Source: Candidatus Dormiibacterota bacterium
Lineage (GTDB): Bacteria; Chloroflexota; Dormibacteria; Aeolococcales; Bog-877
Direction: 5' to 3'
DNA length: 64,000 nt
NCBI GenBank assembly: GCA_027306595.1
Contig: DAHUZI010000040.1
Location: 1,093-65,092, forward strand
This document shows, one piece after another, positions 8,189-18,783 of the stretch. The first letter of the stretch is position 1; each line of letters opens with the position of its first letter. Below the pieces are notes generated by a model. That model ran no database searches and was not told the origin of the DNA. It worked only from the letters and a program-made list of their open reading frames with translations. The translations under genes were made by a program, and so were the position numbers.

Positions 8189-10732
8189 ATGGCCACCACC
8201 CGGCGGCGCCCCGCCCCGCCCCGATCCCGGCCCACCGGCCCCGGCCGATCGGGTCGCCGCGGCCCTAGGCGGACGGCCGCCAGCCGCCGGGGTCGGACCG
8301 CGCCGCCCCTGCTCACCGCCCAGCAGCGCCGGGAGCTCGGCGGGCTGGCGATCCTGGCGGTCGGGCTCGTGCTCCTCCTCGCCCTGTTGCTTCCGCGGGC
8401 ACCGGTGACCGCGGCGATCGCCCGGGCGGCGTTCGGGCTGCTCGGGATCGGAGCGTGGTGGCTGGGGACGGTCGTCACCGGGGTGGGGGCTAGGGTTCTC
8501 GGCTGGCACGATCGCGGCCGCGGGGTGGCGGCCGCGATCGGGCTGGTGGTGGCGACCGGGGCCGTGAGCGGCCTGCTGGGCGTCCTCCATGCGACGGCCG
8601 GCGGCTGGCTGGGTGAGCGGATCGGGCCGGCGCTCGACGCCCGCGCCGGGGCGCCGGTCGCGGTCGTGACACTCGGGGCGCTCGGCCTGGCGGGGCTCGT
8701 GCCCGCCCTCGATCTCCGCCCATCGGGCTGGTTCGCGGCCGCCGTTGCCGCGGGCCGCTGGGTCGGTGGGACCTTCGCGGCCGCCCCATCGGACGATGGC
8801 CGTCGGCGACGGCGGGGTCCGGTGGCCCTGGCCGGCGCCCCGCCGGTCGCTCCGGCCCGGCCGTCCGTGCCGGCCCGGGCGCGGGGTGCCGCCGACGCGG
8901 GGTCAGCGACCAGAAGGGCTGCGCTCCCCGGCGATGCCGGGCGGTTGACCTCTGACGCCCCGGAGCCCTCCGACGTGGCCTCGGGGGACGGCGCCAGCGG
9001 TCCCGAGGGGCTGTTGGGCCGGTTCGAGCGGGTCTTCGAGGGGCTCGACGGCTGGGAGGCCGCCGGGGACGCCCCGGCGCCACCGCCCGGGCCGCCACTG
9101 TCCGCCGACGGGGTGCCGCCGCCGCCCGGGGCCCCGGTCGCGCCCGCGAAGGCGTCCCCCTCGGAAGCCCCGCCCGCCGCTGGCGCACCGGCGGACGCGG
9201 GCGCGGACGGGGTGCCCGCCGCCGCCGGCGTCGCGGCGCCGGATGCGGGCCCCCACGCGGGGGAGGGGTCAGCGGGCGCCGAGGAGGAGGCCGAGCCTGA
9301 TTGGCGGCTACCGACCCAAGAGCTCCTGGACAGCGTGACGGGGAAGCGGGAGCGCCTTCGGGATGAGATCCGGGTGCGGATCCAGACGATCGAGGCGACC
9401 CTGGAGGCGTTCCAGGTGGACGCCCGGGTCGTCGGCGTCAACGCGGGGCCGACCGTGACCCAGTACGAGCTCCAGCCCGGGCCCGGCGTGGCCGTCCGCA
9501 AGGTCGTCACCTACCAGACCGATCTCGCCCTGGCCCTGGCGGCGCCGATCCGGATCCAGGCGCCGATCCCCGGCAAGTCCGCGATCGGCATCGAGGTGCC
9601 CAACAAGGCGGCCCAGCTCGTGACCCTCAAGGAGGTGGTGCGCAGCCCCTCATTCGGGTCGGTGCCCAGCGGGCTGGCGATCGCGCTCGGCGCCGACGTG
9701 AGCGGTCACGCCGTGATCGGGGACCTCGCCCGCATGCCCCACCTCCTGATCGCCGGCGCGACCGGATCGGGCAAGAGCGTGTGCATCAACGCGGTCTTGG
9801 CCGGGCTCCTCCTCCAGGGGACGCCGCGCGACCTGCGCCTGATCCTCGTCGATCCCAAGCGGGTCGAGCTCAGCAACTTCGCCGACCTCCCGCACCTGCT
9901 GGTGCCGGTGGTGGTGGAGCCTGATGCCGCGGTGGCAGCGCTGCGCTGGGCGGTCACGGAGATGGAGCTGCGGTACAAGCTGTTCGCCGGCCACGGCGCC
10001 CGCAACATCGCGTCCTTCAACGAGCGCGCCCCGGGGCTCGGCCTGCAGCCGCTGCCCAAGGTCGTGATCGTGATCGACGAGCTCGCCGATCTCATGATGG
10101 TGGCGGCCAACGAGATCGAGGAGCTCATCTGCCGGGTCGCCCAGCTGGCGCGGGCGGTCGGCATCCACCTCATCGTCGCCACCCAGCGGCCCTCGGCCGA
10201 CATCATCACCGGGCTGATCAAGGCGAACATCCCCTCGCGGGTGGCGTTCGCGGTCAGCAGCGGGGTCGACTCCAGGGTCATCCTCGACGAGATGGGGGCG
10301 GAGAAGCTGCTGGGACGGGGCGACATGCTCTACCTGCCCATCGACGCCGGCAAGGCCACCCGGCTGCAGGGCGCCTTCGTGTCGGATCGGGAGCTGGACC
10401 AGCTGATCGGCTGGTGGAAGGCGCAGGGGGCGCCGCGCTACCAGGAGGAGATCCTGGAGATGACCCAGCTCAGCCCCCAGGAGCGGGACGGCCAGATCCG
10501 CCGAGACCCCCTCTTCGGTCGCGCCGCCCGGGTGGTCGCCACCGAGGGGCGGGCGGCGGCCTCCCTCCTCCAGCGCAAGCTGAACGTCGGCTACACCCGT
10601 GCGGCCCGGCTGGTCGACCAGCTCGCCGAGGCGCGGGTGGTGGGCCCGTATGAGGGCAGCAAGTCGCGGGAGGTCCTGATGAGCCTTCCCGACGTCGACG
10701 AGCTGCTGGCGGGGCTGAGCGACGAGGGCTGA
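8189..10732 (+). CDS. ftsK: DNA translocase FtsK/SpoIIIE
   Basis: N-terminal TM helices, Pro/Ala-rich linker, motor domain with Walker A LIAGATGSGKSVCINA and Walker B VVIVIDELADLMM, C-terminal gamma wHTH (LLQRKLNVGYTRAARLVDQL). Confidence 0.95.
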   Translation: MATTRRRPAPPRSRPTGPGRSGRRGPRRTAASRRGRTAPPLLTAQQRRELGGLAILAVGLVLLLALLLPRAPVTAAIARAAFGLLGIGAWWLGTVVTGVGARVLGWHDRGRGVAAAIGLVVATGAVSGLLGVLHATAGGWLGERIGPALDARAGAPVAVVTLGALGLAGLVPALDLRPSGWFAAAVAAGRWVGGTFAAAPSDDGRRRRRGPVALAGAPPVAPARPSVPARARGAADAGSATRRAALPGDAGRLTSDAPEPSDVASGDGASGPEGLLGRFERVFEGLDGWEAAGDAPAPPPGPPLSADGVPPPPGAPVAPAKASPSEAPPAAGAPADAGADGVPAAAGVAAPDAGPHAGEGSAGAEEEAEPDWRLPTQELLDSVTGKRERLRDEIRVRIQTIEATLEAFQVDARVVGVNAGPTVTQYELQPGPGVAVRKVVTYQTDLALALAAPIRIQAPIPGKSAIGIEVPNKAAQLVTLKEVVRSPSFGSVPSGLAIALGADVSGHAVIGDLARMPHLLIAGATGSGKSVCINAVLAGLLLQGTPRDLRLILVDPKRVELSNFADLPHLLVPVVVEPDAAVAALRWAVTEMELRYKLFAGHGARNIASFNERAPGLGLQPLPKVVIVIDELADLMMVAANEIEELICRVAQLARAVGIHLIVATQRPSADIITGLIKANIPSRVAFAVSSGVDSRVILDEMGAEKLLGRGDMLYLPIDAGKATRLQGAFVSDRELDQLIGWWKAQGAPRYQEEILEMTQLSPQERDGQIRRDPLFGRAARVVATEGRAAASLLQRKLNVGYTRAARLVDQLAEARVVGPYEGSKSREVLMSLPDVDELLAGLSDEG

Positions 10733-10785
10733 CCGGTGGCATCACCGCCCAACCCCGTGCCGCGGCCGCCGAGTACCCTTGAAAC

Positions 10786-11280
10786 GTGGCTGCGGCTGAG
10801 CACTCCTTCGACGTCGTCTCCGAGTTCGACCGCCAGGAGCTCGTCAACGCGGTCCAGCAGGCGCAGCGGGAGATCGCGACCCGCTACGACTTCAAGGACG
10901 TCACCGCGGAGATCACCCTCGGCGACCAGAGCATCACGGTGCTCGCCGCCTCCGAGGGGCGGGCCCAGGCGATCCTTGACGTCCTCCAGGGCAAGATGGT
11001 CCGCCGGGGCCTCTCCCTCAAGATCCTGCGCCCGGGCAAGGCGGAGCCCGCCGCCCGGGGCAACGTCCGCCAGGTCGTCGACCTCCAGCAGGGCATCGAC
11101 GACGAGCTGGCGAGGGCCCTGGTCAAGCGGATCCGCGCGGCCCAGCCCAAGGTCCAGGTCCGGATCCAGGGAACCGAGCTCCGGGTCAGCGGCAAGGACA
11201 AGGACACCCTCCAGGCGGTGATCCAGGACCTGCGCGACTACGACGCGCCCGTCCCCCTGCAGTTCACGAACTACCGGTGA
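10786..11280 (+). CDS. yajQ: YajQ-family nucleotide/cyclic-di-GMP-binding protein (UPF0234)
   Basis: SFDVVSEFDRQELVNAVQQAQREIATRYDFKD. Size 164 aa. Confidence 0.85.
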   Translation: MAAAEHSFDVVSEFDRQELVNAVQQAQREIATRYDFKDVTAEITLGDQSITVLAASEGRAQAILDVLQGKMVRRGLSLKILRPGKAEPAARGNVRQVVDLQQGIDDELARALVKRIRAAQPKVQVRIQGTELRVSGKDKDTLQAVIQDLRDYDAPVPLQFTNYR

Positions 11281-11975
11281 CCCGGGCGCTCCCGTCCGCC
11301 TCGCCGCCGCTGGCGGGCTCGCCGGGGCGGTGGGAGCCCGGTCCCGCCCCCGCCGAAGGGGAGCCGGACGAGGCGCCCGCCGGGCCGCCGCCCACGGTGA
11401 CCGAGGTTCCGGGGCGACCGGCCGACCGGGGTGAGCTGGCCGGCCGGCTCACCCTGCCGAACTCGCTCACGCTGCTCCGGCTCGTCGCCATCCCTGTCCT
11501 CCTCTGGGTGATCGCCGCGCCCTTCCCGGGGCACGACCAGGTGGGGGCGGCGATCTTCCTCGCCGCCGCCGCGACCGACACCCTCGACGGCCTGGTCGCC
11601 CGGTGGCGACGGCAGGTGACCGCCCTCGGCGCCTTCCTCGACCCGCTCGCCGACAAGCTCCTCGTGATCGCGGTGCTCTTCGTTCTGGTCGGGGCCGGAC
11701 GGCTAGCGGCGTGGGTGGGGTTCACGATCGTCGCGCGCGAGCTCCTCGTCACGGTCCTGCGCAGCCGGGCCAGCGGGGTTCGGGTCTCCATCGCCGCCTC
11801 CCGGCTGGGCAAGCTCAAGACCGTGGCCCAGGTCGCCATGGTCCTGAGCGCGATCCTGGTCGGGCCCTACCCCGCCCTGGCCCCGCTCGTCCAGGCGCTG
11901 GTGGGGTTGGCGGTCGCCGCGACCCTGGTGAGCGGCGCCGACTACATCTGGCGCTTCCGCGAGCACCTCCTCTGA
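11277..11975 (+). CDS. pgsA: CDP-diacylglycerol--glycerol-3-phosphate 3-phosphatidyltransferase
   Basis: CDP-alcohol phosphatidyltransferase motif DTLDGLVARWRRQVTALGAFLDPLADKL. The GTG start overlaps the yajQ stop (GTGA). The N-terminal ~60 aa extension is uncertain. Confidence 0.85.
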   Translation: MTRALPSASPPLAGSPGRWEPGPAPAEGEPDEAPAGPPPTVTEVPGRPADRGELAGRLTLPNSLTLLRLVAIPVLLWVIAAPFPGHDQVGAAIFLAAAATDTLDGLVARWRRQVTALGAFLDPLADKLLVIAVLFVLVGAGRLAAWVGFTIVARELLVTVLRSRASGVRVSIAASRLGKLKTVAQVAMVLSAILVGPYPALAPLVQALVGLAVAATLVSGADYIWRFREHLL

Positions 11976-12043
11976 GCCCCGGCCCGACCGCCGCTGAGCC
12001 GGACGCGCTTGCGCTCCCGCCTACAGTCCCCGAGGCGGCCGCC

Positions 12044-12514
12044 GTGCTCGACGGCTGCCGCGCCCGAGGCTGGTCGCTGGCCGTGGCCGAGTCGTGCACC
12101 GGCGGGCTCCTCGTGGCCGCCCTCACGAGCCATTCCGGGAGCTCCGAGGTGGTCCTGGGCGGGGTGATCGCCTACGCGGATCGGGTCAAGACCGAGTGCT
12201 TAGGGGTGCCCCGGTCCCTCCTGGCGGCCCACGGCGCGGTCAGCGAACCGACGGCGCTGGCGATGGCGCGGGGGGCCGCCGCCCGGCTCGGCGCCGACGT
12301 GGGGATCGGGATCACCGGGGTCGCCGGTCCGGGGCGCTCGGGGGTCAAGCCCCCCGGGCTCACGTACGTCGCGGTGCGGACGCCTCTGGCCGAGCGGGCC
12401 CGCCGGCTCGACCGGGACCGAGGTCGCGAGGGCAACCGGGCGGCGGCGGTCTCCGCGGCGCTGGCGCTGGCGCTCGAGCTGCTCGGAGCGCCCCGACCCC
12501 CAGCCGGTCGCTGA
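12044..12514 (+). CDS. pncC: CinA C-terminal-domain protein / nicotinamide-nucleotide amidohydrolase PncC (no N-terminal MoCF domain)
   Basis: LAVAESCTGGLLVAALTSHSGSSEVVLGGVIAYADRVK, ITGVAGP. The start is uncertain: GTG 12044 is the first plausible in-frame start after pgsA. Confidence 0.8.
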   Translation: MLDGCRARGWSLAVAESCTGGLLVAALTSHSGSSEVVLGGVIAYADRVKTECLGVPRSLLAAHGAVSEPTALAMARGAAARLGADVGIGITGVAGPGRSGVKPPGLTYVAVRTPLAERARRLDRDRGREGNRAAAVSAALALALELLGAPRPPAGR

Positions 12515-12561
12515 GCCTGGGCCAGGGCCCCACCTAGGCGGCGGGGCCGAGGGGATGCGGC

Positions 12562-13749
12562 TCAGCGGCCCGGTGCCTCGGGGGCCACGGGCGGCGGCTG
12601 GGCCTCGTGGGGACGCGCCGCGTGGGGTGGGGCGGTGCCGCTCGGGAAGCGCTCCGGGCGCAGCCACGCCGGCGGGGCCACCCCGTCCACGAGCTGGGCG
12701 GCGAGGAGGCGGGCCGACTCGAACGCCAGCCCCATGCCGCCGCCGTTGAACCCGGCGACCACGTGGATTCGCGGTCGACCGGGCAACGTCCCCACCAAAG
12801 GGAGGCCGTCGGGGGTGAACCCCATGGTCCCCGCCCACCGGGCCACGACCGGGGCCGCGAGGCCGAGCCGGCGGAGGTGGGCGTCCAGGTGCTCCTGAAC
12901 CCGGGCGGTCGGCTCGAGCCCGAAGCCCACCTCCTCCAGGAGCGCCCGGTCGCGGTACCCGCCAACCAGCACGTGCCCGTCGGCCGCCTGCCGCCAGTAC
13001 TGCCAGCCATGGTCGGCGCCGGCGGGGCGATCGAGCGTGCCCGGCGGGAGCGGACCGGCGGCCAGGATCTGGCCGCGGACCGCAGCGATCGGCACGTCGG
13101 GGGCCAGGCGGGGGGTGTACGCGTTGGTGGCGAGGACGACCTGGTCCGCCTCGAGCTCGCCCTCGGGGCCGGCCACCGTGACGCCGTGGGCGTGCGCGCC
13201 GAGCCCCACCACGGCGAAGCCCGGATAGATGGCCTCGGCCCAGGGGGCGGCCAGCCGCCGCAGGGCCCGCAGGGAATGGACCTCGCCACCGTCGGGGAAG
13301 AGGCCGCCGCTGTGGTAGCCGCGCAGGCGGTCGGGCAGGGTTCGGTGGTACGTGGCACCGATGCTGGCCCCCCGGGCTCGTTCGACCGCGGCCTCGACCT
13401 CGGCGGCCTCGGTGGCATCCACCGCCAGCATCCACGCGCCCCGCTGGAGGTAGCCGACGTCGTGGCCCGCCAGCGCCTCGGCGAGGTGGGCGTGGTTGAT
13501 CCGCGCCAGCTCGGCGATCGCGCCGACCTCGTCGGGGTCGCCCGACCGGCGGTACCAGGATGCCCCGTCGATGAACCCCGCGTTCCGGCCGGTGGCGCCG
13601 AAGCCGCACCACCGCGCCTCGAGGAGGACCGCGGCCAGCCCGCGCTCCAGCAGACACCGAAGGACCGAAACCCCGGCGATCCCCCCACCGACGACCGCGC
13701 AGTCCACCCGGGCCGGTGGGCGCTGCCAGTGGGATCGAGGACCGGTCAT
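12562..13749 (-). CDS. FAD-dependent oxidoreductase (DAO / glycine-D-amino-acid oxidase family)
   Basis: Dinucleotide fold [22 protein letters not shown] followed by GATGRNAGF. Start M at 13749 (alternative 13815). Confidence 0.8.
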   Translation of the reverse strand: MTGPRSHWQRPPARVDCAVVGGGIAGVSVLRCLLERGLAAVLLEARWCGFGATGRNAGFIDGASWYRRSGDPDEVGAIAELARINHAHLAEALAGHDVGYLQRGAWMLAVDATEAAEVEAAVERARGASIGATYHRTLPDRLRGYHSGGLFPDGGEVHSLRALRRLAAPWAEAIYPGFAVVGLGAHAHGVTVAGPEGELEADQVVLATNAYTPRLAPDVPIAAVRGQILAAGPLPPGTLDRPAGADHGWQYWRQAADGHVLVGGYRDRALLEEVGFGLEPTARVQEHLDAHLRRLGLAAPVVARWAGTMGFTPDGLPLVGTLPGRPRIHVVAGFNGGGMGLAFESARLLAAQLVDGVAPPAWLRPERFPSGTAPPHAARPHEAQPPPVAPEAPGR

Positions 13750-14015
13750 CACCGGCGTGCCCGCTGCCCAGGGGGCGGGGTCGCCGCCGTCGTTCCGCGG
13801 GTCCGCCCCGGCCATCGTCCCCCCGATCCGGCTGTCGCTTCGGGGATGATAGATGCCCGGCGATCGCTCGGGCGCCCGGCGGGCCTGTCGACCCGGTCGG
13901 GTCCCCCCGGGGGACCAACCGGGCGCGGGGACGCGAACCCGCCGCCGGCGCCACGTGGCCAGGAGGGCTCCCGAACGCATCCCCGGCTCGATCCACGGCG
14001 CGACGGGCAAGGCGC

Positions 14016-14058
14016 TTGCCGCCCCACCGCCCGGATGCTAGAATCGAACGCGCGTTCG
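14016..14058 (+). promoter_or_regulatory. recA promoter with LexA (Cheo-type) SOS box
   Basis: TTGCCG (14016-14021), 17 nt, TAGAAT (14039-14044), then TCGAACgcgcGTTCG (14044-14058), a perfect GAAC-N4-GTTC palindrome. Confidence 0.85.
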
Positions 14059-14120
14059 TGCTCCGGGCCGGTCGGCGGTCCCCGGCGTGCGCGTTGACGA
14101 CCCCACACCGGAGTAGGACC

Positions 14121-15227
14121 ATGGCCACAGCGATGTCGGTGGTGCCCGCGGGCGGCACGCGCGGAAAGGAGAAGGAGCCGGTGATCACGGAGAAGGAGCG
14201 CGCGCTCTCCAGCGCCCTCGGACAGATCGAGCGGAGCTACGGCAAGGGGGCGATCATGCGCCTGGGCGAGGTGGCGACCCAGCGCAACGTCGCCACGATC
14301 CCGACCGGGGCGCTCACGCTCGACCTCGCGCTCGGGGTCGGGGGGGTGCCGCGGGGCCGGATCGTCGAGATCTACGGCCCGGAGTCCTCGGGCAAGACCA
14401 GCCTCAGCCTCCACATCATCGCCGAGGCCCAGCGCCGCGGCGGGGTGGCCGCCTTCATCGACGCCGAGCACGCCCTCGATCCCTCCTACGCCGCGCGGAT
14501 CGGGGTCCAGACCGACGACCTCCTCATCTCCCAGCCCGACACCGGCGAGCAGGCGCTCGAGATCGTCGAGGTCCTGATCCGCAGCCAGGCGGTCGACGTC
14601 GTCGTGATCGACTCGGTCGCGGCCCTCGTCCCCAAGGCCGAGATCGATGGGGAGATGGGCGACAGCCACGTGGGCCTCCAGGCCCGGCTGATGTCCCAGG
14701 CGATGCGCAAACTCACCGCCGCCATCAGCCGATCGAACTGCGCGGTCATCTTCATCAACCAGCTGCGGGAGAAGGTTGGGGTGATGTTCGGCAACCCGGA
14801 GGTGACCACCGGCGGGCGCGCGCTCAAGTTCTACGCCTCGGTCCGGATGGACATCCGGCGGGTCGATTCGATCAAGCAGGGGCTCGATGTCATCGGCAGC
14901 CGGGTCAAGGTGCGGGTGGTGAAGAACAAGGTCGCCGCCCCGTTCCGGACCGCCGAGTTCGACATCCTCTACAACGAGGGCATCTCGTTCGCCGGCAGCG
15001 TCCTCGATGCGGCCATCGAGGCTGGGGTGGTGGAGAAGAGCGGCGCCTGGTTCAGCTTCGGGGAGACGCGGCTCGGCCAGGGTCGGGAGAACGTGCGGGA
15101 CTTCCTCAAGTCGAGCCCGGACGTGCTCGCGGAGCTGGTGGACCAGGTGCGGGCGCAGGCCCTCGGGACCCCGGCCATCGCCGCGGTGCCTGACCCCGGT
15201 CAGGCCGGGGTGGCGACCCCGGCCTGA
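14121..15227 (+). CDS. recA: recombinase RecA
   Basis: [19 protein letters not shown], Walker [55 protein letters not shown]. Alternative start GTG 14181, preceded by GGAGAAGGAG. Confidence 0.97.
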   Translation: MATAMSVVPAGGTRGKEKEPVITEKERALSSALGQIERSYGKGAIMRLGEVATQRNVATIPTGALTLDLALGVGGVPRGRIVEIYGPESSGKTSLSLHIIAEAQRRGGVAAFIDAEHALDPSYAARIGVQTDDLLISQPDTGEQALEIVEVLIRSQAVDVVVIDSVAALVPKAEIDGEMGDSHVGLQARLMSQAMRKLTAAISRSNCAVIFINQLREKVGVMFGNPEVTTGGRALKFYASVRMDIRRVDSIKQGLDVIGSRVKVRVVKNKVAAPFRTAEFDILYNEGISFAGSVLDAAIEAGVVEKSGAWFSFGETRLGQGRENVRDFLKSSPDVLAELVDQVRAQALGTPAIAAVPDPGQAGVATPA

Positions 15228-15431
15228 CCGGGAGCGGGCGGGCCGGCCCTGGGGGTCGCCCGCCCGCCGCCGAGCGGCTTTCGGGGCCTCGCGCCGGTGG
15301 CGGCTGGCCCCGGCGATAGAATCGGGCCAACTCTCTGATCCATTGGCGCACCGCGGGCCACCGCGCCCGGGCGCGCCTTGCGTGCTGGCCCGGGCGTCGC
15401 TCGGGCCGCACCTGCACATGAGGTACGAGGC

Positions 15432-16961
15432 ATGCTAGGCCTCCTTGCGGCGTTGGTCATCGTCGCGCTGGTCGCCGTGGGGGCGATCATCTACGCCATC
15501 CGCGCCTCGCAGCGGACCCGCGTCCAGCAGGGCCGGGACGTCGAGCAGCTCGAGGCGGCGCGGGTCCAGATCGAGACGGAGCGGCGGGCGGCCGAGGTGG
15601 AGGCGAAGGACGCCGCCCTCAAGCTCCGCTCCGCGCTCGAGGACGAGCTCCGGGAGCGGCGGGCGGAGGCCGCCCGCCAGGAGCAGCGGGTCCAGCAGCG
15701 AGAGGAGCAGCTCGACCGCCGTCTCGACGAGGTCACCAGCCGCCATCTCGCCATCACCGAGCGGGAGCAGCAGCTGGCGGCCGCCCAGGCGGAGCTCGAG
15801 GCGGCCAGGGCCGAGGAGCAGCGGACCCTGGAGCGGATCGCCGGCCTCACCCGCGACGAGGCGCGCCAGCAGATCCTGGCCGGCCTTGACCGCGAGCTGA
15901 CGGTGGAGAAGGCGGATCGGATCCGCAGGGCCGAGGCCGAGGTCCGGGCCGAGGTCGACGCCCAGTCCCGCGAGCTTCTGATCACGACGATCCAGCGCCA
16001 CGCCGCTGACCAGACCGGCGAGACCTCGGTCTCGGTGGTCCCGCTGCCGAACGACGAGGTCAAGGGGCGGATCATCGGGCGGGAGGGGCGCAACATCCGC
16101 GCCCTGGAGGCGGCGACCGGCGTCGACCTCATCATCGACGACACGCCCGAGGCGGTGATCCTGAGCGGCTTCGACCCCGTCCGCCGGGAGGTGGCCCGGG
16201 TGACCCTGAACCGGCTCCTCGCCGACGGGCGCATCCACCCGGCCCGGATCGAGGAGATGGTGGCGAAGGCCAGGACCGAGGTGGGCCAGCGGATCACGGA
16301 GGAGGGGGAGCAGGCGCTCTTCGAACTGGGCCTCCAGGGGGTACATCCGGAGCTGGTGAAGCTGGTGGGGACCCTGCGCTTCCGCTACAGCTATGGCCAG
16401 AACGTCCTCGCCCACAGCAAGGAGGTGGGCTTCCTCGCCGGCATGATCGCGGCGGAGCTCGGGGTCGACGAGCACCTCGCCAAGGAGGCGGGGATGCTCC
16501 ACGACATCGGCAAGGCCGTCGACCATGAGGTGGAGGGCTCCCACGCGGTGATCGGGGGCGAGATCCTGCGCCGGCTGGGGCGCCCGGACGCGGTCATCCA
16601 TGCCGTCCAGGCCCACCACTACGATGTCGAGCCGACCGGCATCATCGCCTTCACCGTCCTCAGCGCCGACGCCATCTCCGCCTCCAGGCCCGGAGCCCGG
16701 CGGGAGACCCTTGCCAGCTACATCAAGCGGCTGGAGAAGCTGGAGGAGATTGCGAACGGCTTCGAGGGGGTCGAGCGGAGCTTCGCCCTCCAGGCTGGGC
16801 GCGAGGTTCGGATCATGGTCAAGCCGGACCGGATCGACGACGCCCAGGCGACCGTGCTCGCCCGCGACATCGTCCGGCGGATCGAGGGCGAGATGAGCTA
16901 CCCCGGCACCATCAAGGTGACGGTCGTTCGCGAGACCCGCGCGGTCGACTATGCGAAGTAG
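15432..16961 (+). CDS. rny: ribonuclease Y
   Basis: N-terminal TM ([23 protein letters not shown]), coiled coil, KH ([26 protein letters not shown]), HD domain ([17 protein letters not shown]). Confidence 0.95.
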   Translation: MLGLLAALVIVALVAVGAIIYAIRASQRTRVQQGRDVEQLEAARVQIETERRAAEVEAKDAALKLRSALEDELRERRAEAARQEQRVQQREEQLDRRLDEVTSRHLAITEREQQLAAAQAELEAARAEEQRTLERIAGLTRDEARQQILAGLDRELTVEKADRIRRAEAEVRAEVDAQSRELLITTIQRHAADQTGETSVSVVPLPNDEVKGRIIGREGRNIRALEAATGVDLIIDDTPEAVILSGFDPVRREVARVTLNRLLADGRIHPARIEEMVAKARTEVGQRITEEGEQALFELGLQGVHPELVKLVGTLRFRYSYGQNVLAHSKEVGFLAGMIAAELGVDEHLAKEAGMLHDIGKAVDHEVEGSHAVIGGEILRRLGRPDAVIHAVQAHHYDVEPTGIIAFTVLSADAISASRPGARRETLASYIKRLEKLEEIANGFEGVERSFALQAGREVRIMVKPDRIDDAQATVLARDIVRRIEGEMSYPGTIKVTVVRETRAVDYAK

Positions 16962-17304
16962 GGGGGGCGGCCGCGGCCATGAGGCTCCGAACATCGGTGC
17001 GCAGGCGGGGCCGGCCGCCCGGGCCGACGCTGGCGAATGAACCCTAGGAAACCTCGCGTAGAGGGCGTGTCACGGGATTGTGGCGAATCGGATCGGCGCC
17101 GTTCGCCCAGCCGGGCCACCCCTACACTTCGCACCTGGACGAGCCGGCCTCCGCCGGGGCCGGGAGTGGCGGCGGGCGACCAGATTAGGGGACGGACACG
17201 ATGGGCGCGGTGCCAGCGAGACAGTCGCTGCCGCCTTCGAGCCGGCGGGGTGAGGCGCGGCACGCCGGCAGCGTGGCCGGCGCGCGGCGCGCGGACCTGC
17301 GCTG

Positions 17305-18783
17305 ATGTCCCAGGACGCCGCTGAACTGACCGGGGTGCTCCCGGCGGGCTCGCAGGCGGAAGCTGGGCCACCGGTGTGGGTCGGGCGATTGAGTCGCCTG
17401 CTCGCGCGGCCCGCGGGGATCCCGCAGGGGACCCACCGGCCGGCGCACGTTCTGGCGATCAACGTGGTCGTGGCCGCGGTGGCGGCCGGGTGCCTCGCGC
17501 TCGTGCTCCTGACGTTCGGCCGTCCGACGGACCCGATCGCGCTCGCCGTCCTGGCGGTCCTGCTCCTCTCCCTCGAGCTGGAGACCTACGGGCTCAAGAT
17601 CGGGGGCGGCAGCATCCACTTCGGGGGGACCGCCAACGTCGGCGTCGGGGCCACGTTCCTCCTCGGCTACCCGGCGGCCCTGGTCGCGGGCCTGGCGATG
17701 ATCGCGGGCTGCCTGTGGCGCCGCAACTACGACGTTCGGAAGCTCGTCTTCAACTTCGGGATGGTGGAGCTGGCGTTCTCCGCCACCTATGCCGTCTACC
17801 ACGCGCTGCGGAGCACCATCGGCGGCTCGCCCGGGGGGTTCATCGCCGCGTGCGTGGTCGCGGGCCTCACCGGCTGGGCCATCAACTACGGGCTGCTCGG
17901 TGCGGTCGTCTCGCTCGACGAGGGCACCAACATGTTCCACAACCGGCCATTCGTCGCGAACTCGTCGCGGCTGGCGCCCTACCACGCCGTGTATGGACTC
18001 ACCGGCGCGGGCGTGGTCGCGGCGAGCGGCGCGATCGGGCCGATCGCCGCCCTGCTCACCTTCGTGGGGCCGCTGTCGATCGTGCAGTTCGCGATGGGCA
18101 GGTGGATGCGCGAGCAGAGCGCCCACGCCCGAACGATCGCGGAGGGCTTCAACGCGACCCTGGTCAGCCTCTCGAAGGCGATCGACCTTCGCGACCACGA
18201 CACCGAGGGGCACTGCCGGCGGGTCGTGGAGTACACCAGGATCGTGGCCACGCGCATGGGGATCGGGGGGGCGGAGCTGACCACCCTCTGCCATGGCGCC
18301 CTGCTCCACGACATCGGGAAGATCGGTGTCCCCGACTCCATCCTGCACAAGCCGGGGAGTCTGACCGAGGAGGAGTGGGCCGTCATCCGCCAGCACCCCG
18401 AGCTGGGCGCCCGGATGGTGGCGGATGTCCGCCAGCTCGAGCACGCGCGGCAGATCATCCTCACCCACCACGAGCGGTACGACGGCCGCGGCTACCCGCG
18501 CGGCCTGCGGGGCGAGGAGATCCCGCTCGGTGCTCGGATCTTCGCGATCGCGGACAGCTTCGACGCGATGATGTCCGACCGGCCGTACCGGCCCGCGCTC
18601 ACGCTCGAGCAGGCCCGCCGCGAACTGCACCGCTGCTCGGGGACCGATTTCGATCCGGCGTGCGTCGAGGCGTTCCTAGCGCACTCCGACGGTGATCTGG
18701 TCCGGATCATAAAGATGAGAGAGCAAGCCGACACCGGCCTGCTCTCTGCATTGCCTGTACTCGTACCTGCCGGAAGCCACTAG
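17305..18783 (+). CDS. HD-GYP domain protein (putative c-di-GMP phosphodiesterase) with multi-TM N-terminal sensor domain
   Basis: C-terminus: DHDTEGHCRRVVEY, LLHDIGKIGVPDSILHKPGSLTEEEW, HHERYDGRGYPRGL, DSFDAMMSDRPYR. The N-terminal ~270 aa contains about 6-7 hydrophobic helices. Confidence 0.85.
   Translation: MSQDAAELTGVLPAGSQAEAGPPVWVGRLSRLLARPAGIPQGTHRPAHVLAINVVVAAVAAGCLALVLLTFGRPTDPIALAVLAVLLLSLELETYGLKIGGGSIHFGGTANVGVGATFLLGYPAALVAGLAMIAGCLWRRNYDVRKLVFNFGMVELAFSATYAVYHALRSTIGGSPGGFIAACVVAGLTGWAINYGLLGAVVSLDEGTNMFHNRPFVANSSRLAPYHAVYGLTGAGVVAASGAIGPIAALLTFVGPLSIVQFAMGRWMREQSAHARTIAEGFNATLVSLSKAIDLRDHDTEGHCRRVVEYTRIVATRMGIGGAELTTLCHGALLHDIGKIGVPDSILHKPGSLTEEEWAVIRQHPELGARMVADVRQLEHARQIILTHHERYDGRGYPRGLRGEEIPLGARIFAIADSFDAMMSDRPYRPALTLEQARRELHRCSGTDFDPACVEAFLAHSDGDLVRIIKMREQADTGLLSALPVLVPAGSH

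Noticed and set aside
5369-8590. Very long ORFs in the track, such as 5369-8590 (-, 1073 aa), 22319-24799 (-, 826 aa), 12200-14188 (-), 2451-4037 (+), 52544-54661 (+), 56292-58385 (+) and 62633-63991 (-).
   Set aside because: All lie antisense or out of frame to genes with clear family motifs. Their translations are Arg/Pro/Gly/Ala-dominated low-complexity sequence. Stop-codon paucity in a >70% G+C genome explains them.
8745-9300. Repetitive-looking GC-rich DNA inside ftsK, considered as a possible tandem repeat or array.
   Set aside because: It encodes the Pro/Ala/Gly-rich FtsK linker. It has no fixed period or spacer structure, so it is not a CRISPR or VNTR.
16962-17304. c-di-GMP (GEMM-I/II) riboswitch upstream of the HD-GYP gene. 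Also a degenerate GAAC-N4-GTGC site at 16988-17001.
   Set aside because: There are no GGCAAACC or GACGCAAAGCC-type conserved segments. The LexA-like site has a poor second half and is 300 nt from the start codon.
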